Source of the DNA: Candidatus Electronema halotolerans
GTDB lineage: Bacteria > Desulfobacterota > Desulfobulbia > Desulfobulbales > Desulfobulbaceae
DNA length: 32,000 nt
Assembly (NCBI GenBank): GCA_942493095.1
Contig: OW818675.1
Location: 2,310,001-2,342,000 of the forward strand
Direction of reading: 5' to 3'
Shown here: in pieces, positions 17,923-25,255 of the stretch
How positions within the stretch are numbered: the stretch's first letter is position 1
Layout of the letters: every line of letters begins with the position of its first letter
Made by a program: the position numbers and the translations under genes
The notes under the pieces: model-generated
The model's input: only the letters and a program-made list of their open reading frames with translations
The model's database searches: none
Told to the model about the DNA's origin: nothing

Positions 17923-19028
17923 AGCATGATGCCGCTGATTTTGCTGCCGTCATCGGAACGACTGACGAACACGCTGCTGAAACCCAGCGTTGTTGCTATC
18001 CTGCCGACAAAATCCGCTTCATTATCACAGCAAATAATTTGCCCGTGCCGGGTGAAGCGCAGCTCATTCTGGACATGATCCAAGCAGGTGATGAGCAAAT
18101 GCCGATTTTTTGTTGAACGAATCAAGTCGTCCCGGCTGATTGCATATTCGAGCAGATCAAGATCAAGCAGGCTGCGCCGGAACTGGCCCTGAAAGCGGTT
18201 GCAGACATTGGTCTCCTGCGGATTGGCCCTGATATTGTGCGGCAGATGCTCGTTGCTCATCGGGCCGTCGCCGTGCCGAGTCTGATAGGCGCGGCTGACA
18301 AGCCAGACTTCCATTTCGCCACCGCTGTTCAGGGCTATTGCATGAGCTGTGCCAGTGTTGGAACGGGTGACATAGGGGAAAAAGCCGAAGTGCTGATCAA
18401 GCAGCAATCCCTGCGAACCCTCATAAATCAGGTCGCTCCAAGCACCGCTCGGCAAACCGTCTGTCCTGCGGATGTACGGCGAGCTGACCGCCTCAGCGCA
18501 GCAGTCCAAAAACGCTTCCAAAGAAACATCAGTATATTCTTTATAGAAGAAACGGCGGAGCAGGTCAAGGCGGGTTTCCAGCACCCAAGGATAAAAGAGA
18601 TCGCCAAAGGTGAGGGAAAAGTGCTGCTCCTCGCGGTTGATCGTATCGCCTGCGCCGACTCCGCAGCTGCCGTGCGGATGATGCTGCTGGTTGCGGGCAA
18701 TGTCGTAGGGAGTGGTGACAGGGCAGCGGCCATCAATAAAAAGCAATGGCTGCACACCCTTGTCTAAGAGGACATGCAGCTCGTTGATCAGGCCGACCGG
18801 CTCAACTGTGCAGAAAGGGGAAAAATAGCTCGGCGCGCCTTGCAAGGTGCCGGAGCCGAAGTTGGAAAAAACATGGCGCAGGCCGTTTGCGCACACAGTA
18901 TGCCCGGCCTGCTGGCCGCCGGAAAAACGGATCACCAGCGGCTTGGCGCAGCTTCGGCAGAGCCAGTCTGTGACTAAACCCTTGCCCTCGTCGCCAAAGC
19001 CTGCGCCAATGACAACCTTGCTGCTCAA
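17919..19028 (-). CDS. divergent short adenylosuccinate-synthetase-like (PurA-fold) ligase, paralogous to the canonical purA in this window
   Basis: 369 aa with a TTG start in a TTGA overlap with the upstream stop. Shared with PurA are VVIGAGFGDEGKG (P-loop), SGGQQAGHT, YEGSQGLLLDQHFGFFPYVTRSNT and SRAYQTRHGDGP. The TTGRGIGP and TTGRRRR segments are replaced (SCGVGAGD; CNRFQGQFRR), and the protein is about 65 aa shorter than the window PurA (434 aa from the preferred GTG start). Confidence 0.8.
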   Translation of the reverse strand: MSSKVVIGAGFGDEGKGLVTDWLCRSCAKPLVIRFSGGQQAGHTVCANGLRHVFSNFGSGTLQGAPSYFSPFCTVEPVGLINELHVLLDKGVQPLLFIDGRCPVTTPYDIARNQQHHPHGSCGVGAGDTINREEQHFSLTFGDLFYPWVLETRLDLLRRFFYKEYTDVSLEAFLDCCAEAVSSPYIRRTDGLPSGAWSDLIYEGSQGLLLDQHFGFFPYVTRSNTGTAHAIALNSGGEMEVWLVSRAYQTRHGDGPMSNEHLPHNIRANPQETNVCNRFQGQFRRSLLDLDLLEYAISRDDLIRSTKNRHLLITCLDHVQNELRFTRHGQIICCDNEADFVGRIATTLGFSSVFVSRSDDGSKISGIML

Positions 19029-19873
19029 AGAATAACCGGCGTTTCTGGCAGGGGAGCTGAGGCGGAAGCAGGTTTCTCAGCCTTGGCGGCAATGATTTCT
19101 GGAATCACTTTGGACACATCCTCGTGATGCTCAAGGATGATGAGCTGATCGCCCATGAGCTGTTTCCAGCCGTCCATGACCTCCTTTCTGCTGCCTGAAC
19201 TGGTCTCGCGAATATGGAGGTGGAAGACGTGATACTTCTGCCGCGCCTTGTCTAACAATTCCACCGCAGACCATGCCTGATACTGGCCTGCGCCCATGAG
19301 TTTCTGCAAAGCCGGTGCAGGAATTTCCGGCAAAGTCGGCTCATCGCCGATGGTGAAGAGAAAGCCTTTCTGCTTCCGCTTGTCAAAGCAGTCAATCGCG
19401 GTATGAAAGGCGGCAAAATACCACGCCAGCAAATAGCTTTCACCCATATTGCCGCCGCCGCCACCCTCCAGATAGACATCAGTCAGCCACTTGTCCAACA
19501 GCTCGTCGCTAGACTCAAACTGGCCGACTTGCAGCGGGCTGCGGTCGCACTCGTGGTCGCCGACTGCGAGAAAGAGAAGTTGCGGGTCCTTGGTGCCGCT
19601 CTGGATGATTCGGCCCATGATCGTGGGCAGCCCTTCCTTGACCAAGTGGTGAGGAATAGACCCCATTGAACCGGTCACATCCAAGGCAAGGACAATGGAC
19701 ACGGACTCAGGATGCTCGGCAGAGTCGCGTGATTCCCGCACATTGATGCCGTGCGGATTCATGGCGTTGTTGATTGACCGCTGCGAGAATATCTCGCGGG
19801 CCGATTTGGTGCTGTAGCCTGCTTTCCTAGCCCGCACCGCCCGGTCATCCACTGAATACGTTCCCCAGCCCAT
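19025..19873 (-). CDS. von Willebrand factor A (vWA/MIDAS) domain protein
   Basis: ORF 19025-19960. I prefer the ATG at 19871-19873 (MGWGTYSVDD...), preceded by GGAGGA and lying 1 nt after the upstream stop. VSIVLALDVTGSMGSIP is a DxTGS MIDAS-like motif, and a later FLFTIGDEPT strand is also present. The N-terminal RESRDSAEHP segment is distinctive. Confidence 0.7.
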   Translation of the reverse strand: MGWGTYSVDDRAVRARKAGYSTKSAREIFSQRSINNAMNPHGINVRESRDSAEHPESVSIVLALDVTGSMGSIPHHLVKEGLPTIMGRIIQSGTKDPQLLFLAVGDHECDRSPLQVGQFESSDELLDKWLTDVYLEGGGGGNMGESYLLAWYFAAFHTAIDCFDKRKQKGFLFTIGDEPTLPEIPAPALQKLMGAGQYQAWSAVELLDKARQKYHVFHLHIRETSSGSRKEVMDGWKQLMGDQLIILEHHEDVSKVIPEIIAAKAEKPASASAPLPETPVIL

Positions 19874-19874
19874 T

Positions 19875-20213
19875 TTATTTTCCTCCGAACAGATAGTTGT
19901 ACCGCTGCTTGGCGATTTCCAAGGTGATCTCAGCCTGCCTGATCTTGATGCCGAGGTCAATATCTTTGCTCACGTATTCTTCACAATTGAAATCGCTGGC
20001 TAAAATCAGGCTTTGGGTGGTGGTCGGCGAGAGGTCGAGCATGTATTCTTGCTCCCGCTGCATCTTGCGGATGCTGATTTCTAAGTCTTCGATCTTGCGT
20101 TTGTAAACCAGCTCCGCATCTTCAGCAATGGCCGCAGCCCGGTCTGCTCTGATTTCCTTGTTGTTCCGTGTTAGGGAGCTGATAAAGGCCCCGGCCAGCT
20201 CTTTCTCGTCCAT
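19875..20213 (-). CDS. small charged, helical (coiled-coil-like) protein, function unknown
   Basis: 112 aa. GGAG lies 7-10 nt upstream of the ATG at 20211-20213. The charged heptad-like sequence is AEDAELVYKRKIEDLEISIRKMQREQEYM. It is translationally coupled to the vWA gene. Confidence 0.5.
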   Translation of the reverse strand: MDEKELAGAFISSLTRNNKEIRADRAAAIAEDAELVYKRKIEDLEISIRKMQREQEYMLDLSPTTTQSLILASDFNCEEYVSKDIDLGIKIRQAEITLEIAKQRYNYLFGGK

Positions 20214-20297
20214 TTTTTTCTCCGTCGTGTTCCAGCAAGCAGATTCGCCACGGCCATGAAATCACTGATTATGGCTGGGCAGGCTGTCAAGCTGTTC

Positions 20298-20326
20298 ATC
20301 CTACGCAGGCTGCAAGAGACTGTCAA
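20298..20326 (-). promoter_or_regulatory. candidate sigma70 promoter for the three-gene cassette
   Basis: The minus strand reads TTGACA-17 nt-TAGGAT (-35 at 20321-20326, -10 at 20298-20303), about 85 nt upstream of the ATG at 20213. Confidence 0.3.
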
Positions 20327-20546
20327 GGAAAAGATCAGGGCGGCGCAAGTGTGCCAGTCTATTACAGGGGTCAATTTATAACTGATTTAATTTTTTTAAA
20401 AAGTTGAGAAGCTGGGTAATGGCTGGTGCAGACCGGGCCAAGAGCGGCGGCTCATTACAGTATTGTCATTCTTGCAGTACCGCCTCTGTTGTGGCAGTTT
20501 ACTTTGATTTCTCGCCACATTTCTCTACAAGACAGTGTGCTTTCAT

Positions 20547-20575
20547 CCCGCCAGAACCGAGCGGGTCTTTTTTTT
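20547..20575 (+). terminator. candidate rho-independent terminator
   Basis: CCCGC-cagaaccga-GCGGG followed by TCTTTTTTTT. Confidence 0.35.
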
Positions 20576-20583
20576 CAAAAATC

Positions 20584-20611
20584 TTGACTTTTTCTGCTGA
20601 AATGATACAGT
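20584..20611 (+). promoter_or_regulatory. candidate sigma70 promoter for the O-antigen-ligase-like gene
   Basis: TTGACT-16 nt-TACAGT, about 130 nt upstream of the ATG at 20742. Confidence 0.3.
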
Positions 20612-20741
20612 GAGTCATCTCATGAAGATAGCGATATATTATTTGAGAATAAGAAATAAATCTATACCCCACCCCATTTTCGGTTTAAAGGATAATGAGC
20701 TAAAAAGAAGCAAGATGATCTGCGCAAGTATCTGATCAGCG

Positions 20742-21554
20742 ATGTGTATATTCCGAATCTCTCTGTCGGATATCCTCCTTTATCTGCTGCTCTTGGCCGG
20801 ACCTGTTTTCGGCGGGCTGGTGCGGGCCGGGCCAAGAGCAGCGGCACATTGCAGCATTGTCATCCTCGCCGCCCTGCCCTTGTTGGTCGGCATCTGTCGC
20901 GGCAACCTCAAGCTGCGCCGCAGCCTGCTTGATCTGCCTCTCATTCTGTTTCTTCTTGCCGTCTTTCTCTCTGTCAGCAAGGCGGTGTATCCTTATGCGG
21001 CCAGAACCGAGTTGTTCCGGCTGCTCGCCTGCATCGCCGTGTTGTACGTTGTCGTCCACACCCAGCGCGGCACGATACAACTTTTCCGGCTCTGTCAGGT
21101 GCTGGTCATTGCTGGCGGCATTCATGCAGGACTGGGTCTGCTTTTGGCAGCTCACAATCATGGCGGCATTTCCCTCTTCTTTGCCAATCACAGCCATTTT
21201 GCCGGGCATTTAGAGATGCTGGTTTGGCTGGCCGTCGGACTGGCGATTGTCAGTCATGAGGAAAAACGGCTCATCTTTTTCAGCTTGGGCATTTTGCTGG
21301 CGGCGGCAACCGTCTTTTCCCTGTCCCGTGGCGGGGTGATCAGTCTGGCTGCGGGAGGATGCTTTTATTTTGCCGTGTTAGTCGGCATCAACAAGAGGCT
21401 GCCGGGTTCGCTGCGATTGCTGATTGTGTTTATCCTGCTTTTGTTTGCAGCTCTTGTTCATCTCGGCATAGACCCAATCATGGCCCGGCTGCAAACCTTG
21501 AGGGTACCTCGAAAAATTGGTATTTTTGGCAGTTGTTGCGTTGTAAATGTCTGA
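20742..21554 (+). CDS. O-antigen ligase/polymerase (Wzy_C) family membrane protein, N-terminal fragment of a split gene
   Basis: 270 aa and multi-TM. VFSLSRGGVISLAAGG is the characteristic Wzy_C segment. The last 17 codons and the stop lie inside the inserted element. Confidence 0.7.
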   Translation: MCIFRISLSDILLYLLLLAGPVFGGLVRAGPRAAAHCSIVILAALPLLVGICRGNLKLRRSLLDLPLILFLLAVFLSVSKAVYPYAARTELFRLLACIAVLYVVVHTQRGTIQLFRLCQVLVIAGGIHAGLGLLLAAHNHGGISLFFANHSHFAGHLEMLVWLAVGLAIVSHEEKRLIFFSLGILLAAATVFSLSRGGVISLAAGGCFYFAVLVGINKRLPGSLRLLIVFILLLFAALVHLGIDPIMARLQTLRVPRKIGIFGSCCVVNV

Positions 21555-21600
21555 TTATTCGATCACGCCTTCGGCAAAATCGGTATTTTTCGAGGTACCC
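21502..21600. mobile_element. 99-bp MITE-like insertion with 16-bp perfect terminal inverted repeats and a 4-bp TTGA target-site duplication
   Basis: TIR-L is GGGTACCTCGAAAAAT (21502-21517). TIR-R is ATTTTTCGAGGTACCC (21585-21600), its exact reverse complement. TTGA flanks both ends (21498-21501 and 21601-21604). Removing 21502-21604 (103 bp) joins the two ORFs in frame. Confidence 0.65.
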
Positions 21601-23748
21601 TTGACTGATCCCCTGACCGCAAATCAGGGTCGGCTGGACATCTGGCAGGGAACGCTGACAATGATTGCGGAACGGCCTTTGCTCGGCTGGGGACTGGGTT
21701 GTTTTCCCTTTGCCTTTCCCGCTTTTCAACCAGACTCGCTGGCAAGATGGTTTATCAACCATGCTCATAACGACTATTTGGAGCTGGCAGCGGAAACCGG
21801 CCTGCTTGGACTGACAGCGGCCCTGCTTGCGGTTTCAGTGCTGTTCATTGCCTGCCTGCGCAAGCTGCACACTGCCGAGCGCAGGCATTTCCAGCCGGTC
21901 GGAGCCGGTGCCTTGGCTGGCTGCTTTGCTCTGCTCATTCATTCGACAACCGATTTCAACTTTCATATTCCGGCAAACGCTATTCTTTTTGCGGTCTTGG
22001 CAGGCATTGCCCTTGTTGCTGCGGCAGGTGCTTCAGGCTGGGAAGAGGCATCTGCACATATCTCGTTCAATTGGAGCGGCAAGCTGGCCGGGACAGCCGC
22101 AGTTTGTCTGATAGCCTGCTTGGCGGGCGCAGCAGCCCTTTCCCCGTATCTTGGCCGCAACTACGCGGATAAGGCGGACAACTATCAGCAGCAGAAAAAA
22201 TATGAAGCGGCAGCCGCTGCCTTGGAACAGGCCATGCACTATGATCCCGGCAATGCGGAACTGATGCAGGCTATGGCTGACCAGTTCATGTTTCAAGCGT
22301 GGAACGGAGAACAGCGGAAGAGACGACTCTATCTGCGCAAGGCACTTGTCTGGCAGGAAAAGGCTGTAGCTGCTTGTTCGGTCTGCGGTGAATTCATGAG
22401 CAGAAAGGCGTATCTTCTTGGCCAGCTCGGCAGGCATGAAGATGAGGAGCAGACACTTTGGGCGGCTTTGCGGCTTCAGCCTGCGGACAGCTTTTCCAAC
22501 TACCGTTTGGCAAGTCTCTGTCTCAGAAAAGGAAAAACCGCTCAAGCATTCCAGTATTTCCGCCGTTTTTTAGCGTTGAGCAATCCGAACCGGCTGGGCA
22601 TGGTATTGGATGAGCTGGCCGCAGCAGGAGCTGAGATATACTCGTTAGGCCGGGCAGTTCCGGCAACAGCAGCGTTTCGGCGAACTTTTGCCGCATGGTT
22701 GCGCAAAAAAGATAAAATCGCTTTAGCCTTGCGCGAACTGAAGCTGGCTTTTATCTTGGAGCCTGACGAGAACAACGCCCTTGCCTATCTGCGTCTGTTC
22801 CGCCGCCGCACAGATGCCGCCGCCGCTCTTGCAGAAACCGGGAAATATCTGAGCCGCTTTCCTGATTCGCTGCGTTTGCTGGAGGAAAAGGCTGTCTTGC
22901 TGGAACAGCTCGGCAGAACGACAGAGGCCATGTTTGTCTATCAAACCTTGCAGAAGTCAGCCCAGCAGGCTGGCCATGCTGCCGCAGTGCGCTGGTATCT
23001 TAAATTGGCCCAACTCCATGCCGCAGACAAAAGTCCGCTTGAGGCGGTCGCTGTTCTGCGGCAGGGCATCAAAAAATATCCTGACGAGGCGCAGTTCTAT
23101 TATGCCTTGGGTCTGCATCTCCGCAGTCTGGGCAGGAGGGATGAGGCATCAGCCGCCTTGCAGCAGGCGGTTAAGTTTGCCCCGGAAAACACGGCGTACC
23201 GATACCAGCTTGGCGCGGAATATCAGCGGGCCGGATTGACTGGCAAGGCGTTTATGGAATGGGACAAATGTCTGCAAATGCAACCTGATTCTAAACCGTG
23301 CCAAGCGGCGATGGCGAAGATGGAGGAGGCGCAAGCCGGTCTGCCAAGAGAGCTGCTCAGATATGAACTGGGGCCGCCTGCCGAGTTTGAGAATCAGGAA
23401 AAGGAGATACGGTATTTCCTCCATATTGCGGCTAAATATGAAGAACTGGCCCGGCCTGCGAAGGCGGAAGCAGTGCTGCGCTGGGGAATCGGCAAGTATC
23501 CGCAAGAGGCCCGGCTGTACTATGCCTTGGGCATGTTGCTGCGGCAGACAGGTGAAGGCGGAAAAGCCTTGGCAGCCTTGCGGCAGGCAGTCTTTTTTGA
23601 TTATGACAAAGCTGAATATCGGCGGCAGCTTGGTGAGGAATACCAGCGGGCCGGACAGCCGCAAAAGGCTGCTGCGGAGTGGCGGGTCTGCTTGACCATT
23701 CAGCCGGATTTTGCTGAATGCAAGGAAGGACTGGAGCAGGCAGAGTGA
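21547..23748 (+). CDS. C-terminal part of the O-antigen ligase domain fused to a long TPR region (second half of the split gene)
   Basis: 733 aa. GRLDIWQGTLTMIAERPLLGWGLGCF...NHAHNDYLELAAETGLLG is the conserved C-terminal Wzy_C block, followed by two TM helices and about 500 aa of TPR-like repeats. The ATG at 21547 lies inside the inserted element and overlaps the upstream stop (ATGTCTGA). Confidence 0.75.
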   Translation: MSDYSITPSAKSVFFEVPLTDPLTANQGRLDIWQGTLTMIAERPLLGWGLGCFPFAFPAFQPDSLARWFINHAHNDYLELAAETGLLGLTAALLAVSVLFIACLRKLHTAERRHFQPVGAGALAGCFALLIHSTTDFNFHIPANAILFAVLAGIALVAAAGASGWEEASAHISFNWSGKLAGTAAVCLIACLAGAAALSPYLGRNYADKADNYQQQKKYEAAAAALEQAMHYDPGNAELMQAMADQFMFQAWNGEQRKRRLYLRKALVWQEKAVAACSVCGEFMSRKAYLLGQLGRHEDEEQTLWAALRLQPADSFSNYRLASLCLRKGKTAQAFQYFRRFLALSNPNRLGMVLDELAAAGAEIYSLGRAVPATAAFRRTFAAWLRKKDKIALALRELKLAFILEPDENNALAYLRLFRRRTDAAAALAETGKYLSRFPDSLRLLEEKAVLLEQLGRTTEAMFVYQTLQKSAQQAGHAAAVRWYLKLAQLHAADKSPLEAVAVLRQGIKKYPDEAQFYYALGLHLRSLGRRDEASAALQQAVKFAPENTAYRYQLGAEYQRAGLTGKAFMEWDKCLQMQPDSKPCQAAMAKMEEAQAGLPRELLRYELGPPAEFENQEKEIRYFLHIAAKYEELARPAKAEAVLRWGIGKYPQEARLYYALGMLLRQTGEGGKALAALRQAVFFDYDKAEYRRQLGEEYQRAGQPQKAAAEWRVCLTIQPDFAECKEGLEQAE

Positions 23749-23766
23749 AAACCGGGCCAAGCCTTA

Positions 23767-23795
23767 TTGACAAGGGATATGCAAGCAATTATGAT
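23767..23795 (+). promoter_or_regulatory. near-consensus sigma70 promoter
   Basis: TTGACA (23767-23772), a 17-nt spacer, then TATGAT (23790-23795), 32 nt upstream of the ATG at 23827. Confidence 0.5.
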
Positions 23796-23826
23796 GACTT
23801 ATCGTTCAACTTCTGGAGGAGAGAAA

Positions 23827-25251
23827 ATGAAAGCCTTTTTTACCGTGATTACTGTGTTGCTGGTGTCTTTGTCACTGTTATCCGCTTTTCTGCCGGAAAC
23901 AGCATTGGCGGCAGAGAAAAAGATCACCACAGTTCCAAAGGCGGCAGATATCGTTATTTCAGGTAAGGTTATGCAGATTGCTGAAAGTTCTCCTGTCAAG
24001 GATGCCTTAGTAAGCGCGACAGACGCAGACGGATACACATGGGTTGTTGCAACAGAAAAGGACGGTAGGTACACGATGGACGGTCTTGCTTCCAAAAAAT
24101 ATCAGCTAACCGCATCTGCTGACGGATACATGGAAGCGACAAAGGATATTACTTTGACATCAGAACAAAAATCTGGTGTTGATTTTGTCCTGTCAAAATG
24201 GGGAAGTATTGCTGGGGCTGTGCTCAAGGGAGACGGAAAAACGCCAGTTACGGATGTGCTGATCTTTGCCCGTGGAGATGGTGATAAAATGGCGACTGCA
24301 AAAACCGACACCAGCGGGAAGTTCAAGATTGAGCATGTGGAAAGCGGAACCTATGCAGTGACTGTTGTACATGATCAATACGGATTTACAGGGAAGCAGG
24401 TTGTTGTCAAGAGTGGGCAGGATGTTGTGGGAGTTGCCCTGACTGCACTGCCCGGGAAGATTTACGGAACAGTACAGGCGGAAGCAACCGGTAGGCCGAT
24501 TGCAAAGGCAAAAATCACGGCCCGAAGAATGAGCCTCCAAGAGGATCAAATGGGACAGTCTGTTCAGATGTCAGTTTCTTCTGGAGAAAGAGGCGGTTAT
24601 GCGATTGAAGGATTGGGCGCAGGCGAGTTCAGCGTGCAGGTCAGCGGCAAGGGGTACGGAACAATGACTGCACATGTTGTCTTGAACCAGAAGCAGACAC
24701 AGGTTAGGCAAGATTTTGATCTGCCTGCTCAAGGCGGCATTTCAGGGCGGATAATGGGCAGGAAATCTGGTGAACCTGTTGAAATCATAGTCATGGATGC
24801 AGGGGGAACTTTGCTGAAGCCTGAAGAGACAGCGGTGCATCCAGACAACACATACGTTGTCAAAAGATTAGCTCCTGGAGAGTATACGGTTGTCTTTAAG
24901 CTGGGAGACAGTATGAATGCACGGCGCAGTGTTTCTGTTACCAGAGGTAAAATAACAGAGGTGATTGATCTGGTGTTAGAAAAACACAACGGCTCAATCT
25001 CAGGGCATGTTTATTCAGCACAAAAAAAGCCTGTTGCAGGTGCGGTTATTGTTGCAGGTTCAGATATTTCTGGAAATTATGCAACAAGTGGTGATGACGG
25101 AAGCTACAGCATCAAAGGATTGGCTCCTGGACTTTATAACCTGACAGTGACTATATCAGACCAGCGGACGTTCAGAAAAGAGAGAATAGCTGTAGAGAAG
25201 GACAAGGCAATTAAGCGAATTGATTTCACTGTTACAGCAGAACAGGAGTGA
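23827..25251 (+). CDS. secreted protein with five tandem carboxypeptidase-regulatory-like (CarboxypepD_reg / Ig-like beta-sandwich) domains
   Basis: ORF 23767-25251. I prefer the ATG at 23827, preceded by GGAGGAG. The signal peptide is MKAFFTVITVLLVSLSLLSAFLPETALA. Five units of about 85 aa follow the pattern I(S/A/Y)G.V....G.P...A.V......G.....T...G.Y.I..L..G.Y. Confidence 0.75.
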   Translation: MKAFFTVITVLLVSLSLLSAFLPETALAAEKKITTVPKAADIVISGKVMQIAESSPVKDALVSATDADGYTWVVATEKDGRYTMDGLASKKYQLTASADGYMEATKDITLTSEQKSGVDFVLSKWGSIAGAVLKGDGKTPVTDVLIFARGDGDKMATAKTDTSGKFKIEHVESGTYAVTVVHDQYGFTGKQVVVKSGQDVVGVALTALPGKIYGTVQAEATGRPIAKAKITARRMSLQEDQMGQSVQMSVSSGERGGYAIEGLGAGEFSVQVSGKGYGTMTAHVVLNQKQTQVRQDFDLPAQGGISGRIMGRKSGEPVEIIVMDAGGTLLKPEETAVHPDNTYVVKRLAPGEYTVVFKLGDSMNARRSVSVTRGKITEVIDLVLEKHNGSISGHVYSAQKKPVAGAVIVAGSDISGNYATSGDDGSYSIKGLAPGLYNLTVTISDQRTFRKERIAVEKDKAIKRIDFTVTAEQE

Positions 25252-25255
25252 TATT

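Noticed and set aside
17919-19028. Phage-type PurZ (2-aminoadenine / Z-genome pathway)
   Set aside because: The size class and PurA fold are compatible. However, no MazZ/DatZ/DpoZ-like genes or other phage genes are adjacent, and I cannot verify PurZ-specific residues from memory. It is kept only as a comparison point in the findings.
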